Shown here piece by piece: positions 57,401-64,000 of a stretch of 64,000 bases of DNA (within the stretch, counting starts at the first letter, position 1; each line of letters begins with the position of its first letter). The translations under genes were made by a program, and so were the position numbers. The notes beneath the pieces were generated by a model. It was given only the letters and a program-made list of their open reading frames with translations, did no database searches and was not told the DNA's origin. The stretch comes from Candidatus Multivoradales bacterium (GTDB lineage Bacteria > Acidobacteriota > Thermoanaerobaculia > Multivoradales > J023): contig CBDFLE010000004.1 of the NCBI GenBank assembly GCA_965248925.1, positions 96,001-160,000 of the forward strand, given 5' to 3'.

Positions 57401-60400
57401 CGATGGCGGCGCCGGCTGGCACCGCACCAGCTGGCACCGCGGCGGGCAGCCTCTGGCTGCTGCGCCGGCAGCTTGAGATCGCCGATTTACCGTGGATGGT
57501 CCACGCCGAGCTGGCTCTCGATGGAGGTCAGGTGAGTACGATCAATACCGTGGGCGAAGCCCAATCCGCCAACTCCGGCGAAGTGGGTGGCACCAAGTCA
57601 GCGGCCTTCGCCGTGCCGGCCCCTCTGCGGGTGCTGAGCCCGGCAGAAGCCGCCGCGCGGCTGCCGCGCTCGGGGTATCTGAGCGCTCTGCCGCCGTCTG
57701 ACCCAGCGGCTCTGGTCGAGGTCGAGCCGCCCCTGGCCGGCTTGGGACCGGCCAAGGCGACCGTTGCCCCCGTCCTGGCGGACTATCTGGTCGGCGTCTC
57801 CCGCCCCGGCGTCTATCAGGCAGCGCGGGCCGAGGTCGAGCTGGGTTGGATCGCCTTCCCCTTCCGTGGCGCCCAAGACCTAGTGGTGCGCAGCGCCGAG
57901 TTGCCCGAAGTGGTGCTGGCGCTCGATGCCGTCAACCGCTCCTTCCTGCCGCTAGGCGCCGGTGCCTTGCCGGTTGAACTCAGCCCGACGCCACTGAACG
58001 CCGATCCCGCCGCGCCGGGGACGCCGGGGACGCCGGGGTCGAAGGCGCCGCCAGCGGGCGAGCCCAAGGCCGACTCGGTGGAGATCCAGGTGCTCGATTT
58101 CGCCGGTGTCGAGCTTTATCGGGTGGTGGTTGACGCCCCGACCCAGCAGGTGGTGCTGCTGAGCCCCAGCCAGCTACCCAACGCCGGGCCGCCCATGCCG
58201 GTGGGCGGTGGGCCGCTGCGCTTCCATGCATTCGACGTCGCTGAAGGCACCGCTGGGATCGCCGCCGGCATCAGCGCCGAGCTGGAGGGTAACTCGCTCA
58301 CCGTGAGCGGCGAGGCCGGCAGCGCCGGAGCCGGAGTGGCGGTGCGTCTGATCGATCTAGAAAGCTCGAACGTGCTCAGCGCTACGGCTTCTCCAGGCGG
58401 TAGCTTCAGCGTCGTCGCCAGTCCGTCGCAGCTCGGCGATCAGCTGGTGCTGGCGATCTCGGCCAAGCTCACTCCGGGCCAGCCGCTGCGCCTCGACTTC
58501 TCAGAAGCCTTGCAAGAAGAGGCGCCAGGAATCCGGGTCGAGCACGACGGGATGGCCCTGCCCATCACCAAAGAGCCTCTGGGCAGCTGGGCACAGCTGC
58601 TGATCCACGGCGGCTGGCAGGCAGGCAAGACCTACAACTTGCGCCTGGACTCCACCATGGCCGACGCCGCCGGCTTGCCTTGGGATACTGACCTGACTCT
58701 GCCTTTCGAAGTCGCCGAATCGAGCGCCGGCACTAGCTTCGCGCTCGACGCGGCGCACGACATCGCGCGCCTCGGCTCGTTGCTCTTCGTGGCCGCCGGC
58801 GCCGATGGCCTGGCGGTGCTCGACGCCAGCGACCCGCGCCAGCTGAAGAACTGGCTGGCGGCTGAGACCTACGTCGATCTGGTCTCGGAGCCAGGTCTAC
58901 CGGTGCGCGGGGTGGCGACCGACAGCCATGGCCGGGTGGTGGCAGTAGGGGGTGGCGTCGCCCGCCGGGGGGTGCTGCTGATCCTCGATCCGCAAGAGCT
59001 GCCCCAGGGTGCCGCGACGGTGCCCGCGGCGGCGATTCTCGGCCGCACCCTCCTCACCGAGCCCCAGCTGGCTGGCTCGGGTGCCCCGCCGCTGCTCATC
59101 GGGCGGCCGCTGGCGGTCGAGATCTTCAACCGCGATGAGAGCACGAGCTGGACGGTGGGGGAGGTGGTGCCGCCGGGCCTCACCCTGGCTCCGCCCAGCC
59201 CACCGAGCGGCACGGCGGCTGTCTCGCTCACCGTCAGTGGCATGGCGACGGCGGAGCGTCCGGTGACTCTGCGCAACCTCACCACCGGCGAGCGCGACAG
59301 CGCTCGCGTCGGCAGTCCTGGTGGCGGCGGTGCTGGCAGTTTCTCCCTGAGTCTCAGCGTGCGGCGCGGCGACCGCCTGGAGCTACTGCGCAACGAGCTG
59401 TCCTTGGCCTACGTGGCGGGTTACGACGCCGGGGTGGTGACGGTGGATCTGAATGCCGTCGAAGCTGCCTCTGAGGAGGTCGACGATCCTTGGGATGCTT
59501 TCGATCTGCTGCGCTACAACACTCATTATGTTGTGCCGAGCGAGGTGCTGTGCTCGACGTTTGAGTACGACCAGCGCTTTGACGTGATTGACGCTCGGGT
59601 GCTGCCGGCGGCGGCCGAAGGCGAACCTTGGAGCGTTCTGGCTCTGGTCGAGAACTACGGCTTGCTGTCGCTGGGTGCCTCCGTGGCTGCGCCGCTGGAC
59701 AAGCTGGCCTACCGCGACGCTCTTTGCGGCGAGGTCGATGACAACCGCAAGATGGGCGGTCTCGATGTGCTGCCCGGCTACCGCTTCGACCGCAACGGCG
59801 ACGGTGTGCTTGACGACGAGGAGCCCGAGCGTGACTTCGCTCTTCTCACCAATACCGTCGGTGGCGGGGGTCTTGGCTGGCTGCTGATCGTCGATGTCAC
59901 CGAACGCAATGAGCTGCGCCTGGTGGGCCGCATCGAGCTGCCCGGCCCGGCGACGCGGGTGACTGCTGACCCGGTCGGCCGCCGCGCCCTGGTATCGGGC
60001 CACGGTGGCGGGGTCTACATCGTCGACCTCGACCGCTGGCCGGCGCAGAGTGGCGGGGGCGGAACCCCTCAGATCTGGTCGAGCGATCGGGTGGTCGAGC
60101 GCCTGAGCTTTGGCGAGGACGTGCGCGCCCCCACCCTGGTGGCTCCGGAACTGGGCCTAGCCTTCGCCGGCGGCGTTGCCCGTGGTGTGACCCCCCTCAG
60201 CACTGGCCTGCCGCGCCTGTCGCTGGTGTCCAGCGGCGAGCAGGGACTGCGCCGGGTCTCGCGGCTGGCGCCATTTGGCGCGCCTACCGCCCCGGAGAGC
60301 GCCGAGGAGGGAGCGGAAGAAATACCCGGAGTGATCCGAGTGCAGGCGCAGCTTCCCGGTGGCCTGGCCGATGCCGAGGGCAAGATCCGTGTCGACCTCA

Positions 60401-63400
60401 GCGGCATTGGCCCCGCCGGGCTGCCGGTGCGCGGCCTCGGCGAGGGGCTGATGGACGAGCCCGTGGCCGAGCTGAGAGACGATAAGGCGTTGGTGCTGCA
60501 ACGGCAGTCGGACAACCCCCTGTCAGAGGGCTACAACGTCTTCCTCTCCGATCCGGTGGTGCTGCTGGCTGATGTGCGTGCCTCGGCGCATTTCGAGCGC
60601 TCGGAGGCCGAGAAGGAGGCCTGCCGCCGCTGTGACCTGGTGGACGAGGGGGTCTACGCCGCGGCCGATCTACCCCCCAACGAGCTGCATGTCGAGCTGC
60701 TATCGGGCCATCAAGTGCGGGCTAGCTACAGCGAAGCCGTCGCCTCGAGCCTCAGCGGTCTTTACAACGCCGATCTGCTAGCGGGCTACGCCGTCATCGC
60801 CGACAGTGTGCCCTGGGATCTCAGTCCCTCGCCGCACCAGGAGCCGGTACTCAATGCCGCCACTAGCGCGATGGCGGCGCCGGGCACCCTCTTGCACTCC
60901 GGCGAAATGACCCGCCAGGCGCACGACCTCAGCCTCCAAGGCCGGGGATTGGACCTCGCCTTGGTGCGTACCTACCGCAGCCAAACAATCAGCAATGGTC
61001 CCCTCGGCCCAGGCTGGGATCATGGCTACCGCCTGCGCTTGCGGCTCTTGCCCAATGGCGATGTCGACTTCTTCGATGGCACTGGCCGCCGCGAGACCTT
61101 CACCCTGGAAGACGACCGCGAGCTGAAGCCGCCCGTCGGCCGCTTCGTCCAGCTCAAGAAGTACGCCGAGGGTTACACCCTGATCGGCAGCGGCTATCAG
61201 CGCTGGCGTTTCGACCGCTGGGGTCGCCTGGTGTCGATGATCGACTCGGTGCGCACCAGCGAGGAGACCGGCAACGAGATCACCTTCCACTACGACGCCC
61301 ACTCGCGCCTGGCGCGAATCCACGACGATCTCGGCCGCAACACCTTCCTGCACTACGACGACGAAGGCCGCCTGGAGAAGATCGTCGACTTCAGTGATCG
61401 CGACTTCCTCTACCACTACGACGCCCAGGGAAGATTGACCAGTTTCGAGACTCCAGTCGTCGACCTCGGCAGCGGCAGCAGCCAGCGTCTATCGACCACC
61501 TACGCCTACCACGCCGCCGGCACCGGCCTGGCTGGCCAGCTCAGCCAACGCGATGATCTGAAAAGCGAGACTGACGCCAAGAGCCAGACCTGGCTCACCC
61601 TGCGGTATCAGGATTCCGACGGCAACGGCCGCCCCGATGCGCTCAAAGAACAAGATTGGGGAGCGGAGACAGTGCATTTGGCCTTCGATTTCGACGGCCA
61701 GCAGACCACCCTCACCGATCGCCGAGGCAAAGTCTGGACCTACCATCTCAACGCTGCTGGGCAGATGCTCAGCGAGCGCGACCCGGCGTCTCATCAGTCG
61801 AACTGGTCCTACGAGCCAAGTGGTGCGCTGGCACAGGCCACCGAGGCGGGGGGAATCACCACCGATCTGACCTACGGCTCGGACTCTCCGCGCCAGCGGG
61901 GCAATGTGTCGAGCGTGACGACGACGCCTTCCCCTGGCTACCCCAACCCTGTCGCGCCGGTGGTGGTGCAGGTGCTAGAGAGGGTTAAGAAAACCAATCG
62001 GGTGGCCAGTTGGAACGATAAGCACGGTGCGCAGCACCTGATCATCACCTATCCCAACGAGCTGCCCAAGGTGCGTCATGACGCCTATGGCACACCGCTC
62101 AACGCCACCTCGTCGATGACGTACGACTTTTTCGGTCGGATCCTGGAGCAGACTGCCCCCAACCAGAGCAAAACCACCTTTACCTACTCCCTTGAGGACG
62201 GTTACTTGACTCAGGTGGTCGCCGATGCCCAGAACCTGGCTCTGAGCACCGACTTTCTGGAGCGCGACGCCCGTGGCAATCCGCTGCGCTGGCGCGACCC
62301 GCGCGGGGTGATCCACGAAGCTGAGTACAACGCCCTCGGCTGGCTGCTGCGCCAGCGGCAGGCGATCTCAGGCGGGGCTGCCCCGATCGGCCTGGTGAGT
62401 GAATTCGACTACGACGCCAACGGCCAGGTCACGGCGACCCGGCGCTCCCACAGTGGCGGCGGGATGACCGCCGTTCGCTTCACCTACGGGGTTCTCGGCG
62501 AGCTGCTGCGCAGCGAGCGCGAGGTCGAGCCCGGCGGGGCGGCGATCCTCGAGACCGTAGCGTATGACCCTCACCTCAACCCGACTCGCATCGTCGATGG
62601 TGTCGGTGGGGTCACCCTGCTGGAGTACGACGCCCGCAACCTACCGCTGCGCAAGACTAGCGGGGCGGGTACGGCGGCGGAGATTGCAGAGGAGTACTCC
62701 TATGACGCCGATGGCCGGCTGGTGGTCTACACCGATGCTCGCCAACAAGTTTGGCGTACTGAGTACGACGGCTTGGGACGCCCCGCGGCACAGATCAATC
62801 CGCTGGGAGAGCGCACCGAGACCGAGTACACCCCAGGTGACCTGCCAATCCACCAGCGCCGCTTGAGTGCCTCGGGCGTCGTGAAGAGCGAGCAGCAATG
62901 GCAGTGGGACGTGCGTGCTCGGCAGACCCGCGGCATGGCTCATCTGTGGGCCTATGGCGAGGGTGACGGTGACGGCGAAGCTCATCAGCAGCTGACGACC
63001 GAGTTTACTTACGATGCCATCTCGAATCTGCTCACCGTCGAGGGTCCTGGCATCTCGTTGGAGCATCGCTACGACTCGGCGGGGCGGCGGACCTTGTCGC
63101 AGGACCAGGCCGGCAACATCGTCGAGCTGGACCTTGACCCGCTAGGTCTGGTCACCAGCCAACGCCACCTTGAGCAGCTCGCCGAGGGGGGCACCGCGAC
63201 CGTCGAGAACACCTTCACCCACGACGCTTTGGGCCGTCCGCTGAGTGAGAGTCTGCCCCAGGGTGGCAGCCGCAGCTGGCAATATGACGTCCGTGGCAAC
63301 CTGACCCGTTTTGCCGACGCCGACGGCCGCGTCTGGAGCTGGCAATACGACGGCCTCGACCGCCGGGTCGCCGAGCAGGCTCCGGGAGGTGTTGACCTCA

Positions 63401-64000
63401 GCCACACCTATGACCAGGCTTCGCGGCCGCTGACCTACACCGACGCTCTCGGTAACCAGACCCGCTGGGTCTACGACGTTCTGGGTCGGCGCACCGACTG
63501 GCTGCTCAACGGCGTCGGAGTAGAGATCTACGGCCACGACGAGAGCGGCAACCCAACCTCCATCCTGCGCGCCGACGGCAGCCGCATCGACCAGAGTTTC
63601 GATGCCGCCGGCCGGCTGATCAGCCGCCAGATCAACCTCCCTGACGGCACCCTGGGCGAGGCCGAGAGCTACGCCCATGACGCCCTGGGGCGGATCACTC
63701 AGCAAACCGCGGGCGGCATCTCCACCCAGCACAGCTTCGACTCGTTGTCGCGGCTGACCGCCGAGACCACCGCTAATCTCACCGTCGGTTACCAGCACGA
63801 TGCCGCCGGCAACCTGATTCAGATCAGCTACCCCTCGGGTCGCCGGGTCGACATCGTGCCCGACGGGCTCAATCGCCCCTCCACGGTCGCCTGGGCGGCG
63901 CCCGGGCCGCCCGAAGTCAAGGTGCGCTACGGCTATCGCGGCGGCAATCTGATGTCCTCCCGCAGCCTGGCCCAGCTCACCGGGGTGAAGACTTTTGATG
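51412..64000 (+). CDS. Giant (>=4196 aa, 3' end outside window) secreted Rhs/YD-repeat protein with Ig-like stalk, LVIVD-like repeats and DUF6531-like domain
   Basis: AAGGA RBS, then ATG 51412 MSKQLLLRFLLILQVFLGVLLLSASAAQA. The same frame gives ten D..(P/A)P Ig repeats, LFVAAGADGLAVLDASDP (~58780), GEMTRQAHDLSLQGRGLDLALVRTYRSQ..GPLGPGWDHGY (~60900) and many YD..GR repeats to the end. It is absent from the ORF track, consistent with no in-window stop. Confidence 0.92.
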   Translation, partial: MSKQLLLRFLLILQVFLGVLLLSASAAQAAPVFVSVTPVDGTLSSAASVTLTVEVQGAISLQVDGQAVTTVDPSGTVWTAGPYSLSEGERVLVLIAEDASGVQAQQLHRVVRDSLPPVLSLSQPAAGAIVASSPLIVVGTAVDAHLAAVRVGGQVAALSGASFSHSLVLVEGEQTFTVEASDSLGQSGQQSVTVTLDSQPPTVALLEGAQPLAADALFNRSVVLSFSVTDATATTVEALLDGASFTSGTTVSAAGSHVLSVTATDAAGQPTSVSRSFEIDLTAPTFLSFTPSDGTLLADSQVTLSGVVEGAAALSVEGQAASLVGQSWTAGALQLIEGEREISIVATDLAGNSASFTLHLERDARAPQLIGLVPSVDTVLATSPVAVSGTASDAHLLEVRVGGELASLTGSQFSHPAVALVEGENLLPIVATDQVGHQATAELRLVLDTQAPTLSLLVAGVPLQGGAVFAGPVTPEISASDATEVVTSATLDGATYLPGTVIDGDGLHQLSVSASDAAGHQATVLVSFSLDLAAPVFADLAPVAGSVDSAAQVTLTGRAPGAVSVSVDGQAATLAGDGFSAGPFNLSEGERVFLLAATDSGGNVTQLTHHLTRDSTAPQLTLGQPAAGALLGSTSVDVSGTASDPRLDQVTVNGVLAELSGGAFLARQVPLTEGDNVLTVVAADTVGNEVQTTRSVTVDTTPPTVVITDPASGTITPEAGLTLSGSAADPHLDRVEVAGVGASLVGEQWSLAVDLQEGSNTFTVEAFDPLGHSTSASVTVTRDSSAPEIHIESPAEGLYSPAANLTVSGTVVAEPDLTVTVGGVAATIAGSSWSAAAVPLVEGENRLIARVTDALGNQGTHTRVVWRDNQAPEFLSSIPAAGALELPAGSSFRLRFSEPLAAPSGGAYSLSTLAGQALASSAEIDGDDLVITPQAALPSATELRLVLGAGLVDRAGNALAAAHTLAFTVVDGGAPAAPQLDAYASYLCAPATTLAGGAEPGAWIEVDGGASVGAGQVADDGRFAISVVLLPEGPNHLTVIAVDAAGNPSPATSADIVHDCTAPEVLGASREAAGFRIALSETVDPLSLSGSVRVYDGGMEIAGTESATASELIWTASGALPAVALLVEVEGALADLAGNPLAFPYRQLFDIALGGSFFSGTAIDDASGRPLGGVRAVVTASDGVALAEPWPEQTSGEDGRLVIALPAGTHDVTFARPGYTPVFRVVTTVDGQGTDVFDPRLTPAAAAVSIDASGGLVEGSSEVGTAPRLTLPTAGLASATAVRLTAVGGQGLAALLPYGWAPRGAVWVDLSAANLAASATLDLPVTSADGTVLEAVTLDLATLQWRSLGVVTVSGGEVTMTVDGEGAWAAVEADSGALAPPPAVAGQMLGSSAAPPSGGVTSASLSFDPEVVLPTQRSWVQVLYGLAAEVPSGVPLTLSIEERLELLDGSVRRISPYSADLVLYRDSLGDPTSRFRLRPSAAARSLPVRLGAEQVSVRSYGDETVRGNVLGPDGGVVSSAEGDQVVLPAAALEEPTAVTLSRRTVADLPLAPPAGGTVDGVLELDLAGRRLLLPAELSWSLTPAPAAGTPGLLLGVVEVEGEPRYRAIAELEATATGWTTKVIDTADLAWPGVLEGGLYVFLRLDAVPRFVRGMVLDPGGAPVVGAVVESTTVPWLQISAAEGGYVLPILLDAATLSARRAVTGNAVAVALPAGVAAERVDLDLPLQIVAPWVEQITPSAGTSGVLLGFNPVVRFSEPVDRASLDGAIELRQGGVAVAVALDHQGALVTLLPQATLVPGSEYEVWVGAAVRDLQGYGLSGSVSVLFSTEVVATPAGVDRGRIFLVEPDAQGLARVEGLAGAAPAGTLVFVENLTSFSTTESVQSAGDGSFLLTIGASLEDQLLLHVLIDGGNEVVILLTPFLGADLRTGLAGTGAGEFTTADGITVRYAAGTFAGPSRVQVTPIAMGTLAAAEDFSELLTFRLEIDGAQPLKPLEVTMAAPAGTAPAGTAAGSLWLLRRQLEIADLPWMVHAELALDGGQVSTINTVGEAQSANSGEVGGTKSAAFAVPAPLRVLSPAEAAARLPRSGYLSALPPSDPAALVEVEPPLAGLGPAKATVAPVLADYLVGVSRPGVYQAARAEVELGWIAFPFRGAQDLVVRSAELPEVVLALDAVNRSFLPLGAGALPVELSPTPLNADPAAPGTPGTPGSKAPPAGEPKADSVEIQVLDFAGVELYRVVVDAPTQQVVLLSPSQLPNAGPPMPVGGGPLRFHAFDVAEGTAGIAAGISAELEGNSLTVSGEAGSAGAGVAVRLIDLESSNVLSATASPGGSFSVVASPSQLGDQLVLAISAKLTPGQPLRLDFSEALQEEAPGIRVEHDGMALPITKEPLGSWAQLLIHGGWQAGKTYNLRLDSTMADAAGLPWDTDLTLPFEVAESSAGTSFALDAAHDIARLGSLLFVAAGADGLAVLDASDPRQLKNWLAAETYVDLVSEPGLPVRGVATDSHGRVVAVGGGVARRGVLLILDPQELPQGAATVPAAAILGRTLLTEPQLAGSGAPPLLIGRPLAVEIFNRDESTSWTVGEVVPPGLTLAPPSPPSGTAAVSLTVSGMATAERPVTLRNLTTGERDSARVGSPGGGGAGSFSLSLSVRRGDRLELLRNELSLAYVAGYDAGVVTVDLNAVEAASEEVDDPWDAFDLLRYNTHYVVPSEVLCSTFEYDQRFDVIDARVLPAAAEGEPWSVLALVENYGLLSLGASVAAPLDKLAYRDALCGEVDDNRKMGGLDVLPGYRFDRNGDGVLDDEEPERDFALLTNTVGGGGLGWLLIVDVTERNELRLVGRIELPGPATRVTADPVGRRALVSGHGGGVYIVDLDRWPAQSGGGGTPQIWSSDRVVERLSFGEDVRAPTLVAPELGLAFAGGVARGVTPLSTGLPRLSLVSSGEQGLRRVSRLAPFGAPTAPESAEEGAEEIPGVIRVQAQLPGGLADAEGKIRVDLSGIGPAGLPVRGLGEGLMDEPVAELRDDKALVLQRQSDNPLSEGYNVFLSDPVVLLADVRASAHFERSEAEKEACRRCDLVDEGVYAAADLPPNELHVELLSGHQVRASYSEAVASSLSGLYNADLLAGYAVIADSVPWDLSPSPHQEPVLNAATSAMAAPGTLLHSGEMTRQAHDLSLQGRGLDLALVRTYRSQTISNGPLGPGWDHGYRLRLRLLPNGDVDFFDGTGRRETFTLEDDRELKPPVGRFVQLKKYAEGYTLIGSGYQRWRFDRWGRLVSMIDSVRTSEETGNEITFHYDAHSRLARIHDDLGRNTFLHYDDEGRLEKIVDFSDRDFLYHYDAQGRLTSFETPVVDLGSGSSQRLSTTYAYHAAGTGLAGQLSQRDDLKSETDAKSQTWLTLRYQDSDGNGRPDALKEQDWGAETVHLAFDFDGQQTTLTDRRGKVWTYHLNAAGQMLSERDPASHQSNWSYEPSGALAQATEAGGITTDLTYGSDSPRQRGNVSSVTTTPSPGYPNPVAPVVVQVLERVKKTNRVASWNDKHGAQHLIITYPNELPKVRHDAYGTPLNATSSMTYDFFGRILEQTAPNQSKTTFTYSLEDGYLTQVVADAQNLALSTDFLERDARGNPLRWRDPRGVIHEAEYNALGWLLRQRQAISGGAAPIGLVSEFDYDANGQVTATRRSHSGGGMTAVRFTYGVLGELLRSEREVEPGGAAILETVAYDPHLNPTRIVDGVGGVTLLEYDARNLPLRKTSGAGTAAEIAEEYSYDADGRLVVYTDARQQVWRTEYDGLGRPAAQINPLGERTETEYTPGDLPIHQRRLSASGVVKSEQQWQWDVRARQTRGMAHLWAYGEGDGDGEAHQQLTTEFTYDAISNLLTVEGPGISLEHRYDSAGRRTLSQDQAGNIVELDLDPLGLVTSQRHLEQLAEGGTATVENTFTHDALGRPLSESLPQGGSRSWQYDVRGNLTRFADADGRVWSWQYDGLDRRVAEQAPGGVDLSHTYDQASRPLTYTDALGNQTRWVYDVLGRRTDWLLNGVGVEIYGHDESGNPTSILRADGSRIDQSFDAAGRLISRQINLPDGTLGEAESYAHDALGRITQQTAGGISTQHSFDSLSRLTAETTANLTVGYQHDAAGNLIQISYPSGRRVDIVPDGLNRPSTVAWAAPGPPEVKVRYGYRGGNLMSSRSLAQLTGVKTFD
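51500..54030 (+). repeat. Ten tandem ~83-aa Ig-like repeats with ~750-bp super-period
   Basis: DxxxP linkers near 51750, 52000, 52250, 52500, 52755, 53000, 53250, 53505, 53760 and 54015. GAGGGGGAGCGGG (EGER) recurs near 51670, 52420 and 53173. Confidence 0.8.

Noticed and set aside
58013-58038. 9-bp tandem repeat GCCGGGGAC
   Set aside because: Under three copies and in frame; it encodes a PGT linker only.
51472-63798. Numerous minus-strand and off-frame ORFs (e.g. 52189-53781, 530 aa)
   Set aside because: They are antisense or off-frame shadows of the frame +1 giant Rhs gene in GC-rich DNA, with Arg/His-rich non-protein-like composition.

Overview
This is a high-GC bacterial chromosomal window. 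The gene families (ADOP-type permease, Oar-like TonB receptor, sulfatase-TPR fusion, C-terminal IFxDGFExGD motif) suggest Acidobacteriota, which is inference only. 1-32.4 kb is mostly core or metabolic genes. These are a DprE1/DprE2-like pair converging on an epimerase-GT2-ArnT-like operon, ilvE-leuA-leuC-leuD-leuB behind a Leu-rich leader and attenuator, SNF2 + SWIM, an ADOP permease, a 3' remnant of a class C group II intron, a UGA-containing (selenocysteine) peroxiredoxin-like gene, a frameshifted secreted serine protease, an RRM protein, a sulfatase-TPR protein, a USP and an amino-sugar uptake locus. 32.5-35.9 kb is accessory: two divergent genes built from tandem ~48-aa HTH/Myb-like repeats, then a patchwork of abutting gene fragments. 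From 35.8 kb an AraC-type gene is divergent from a two-gene giant operon. The first gene encodes a 4727-aa secreted Ig/beta-sandwich protein with five Gly-rich modules. The second is a >=4196-aa signal-peptide-bearing Ig-stalk/DUF6531/YD-repeat (Rhs) protein. It is missing from the ORF track because it runs off the window end. I saw no rRNA, tRNA or CRISPR array.
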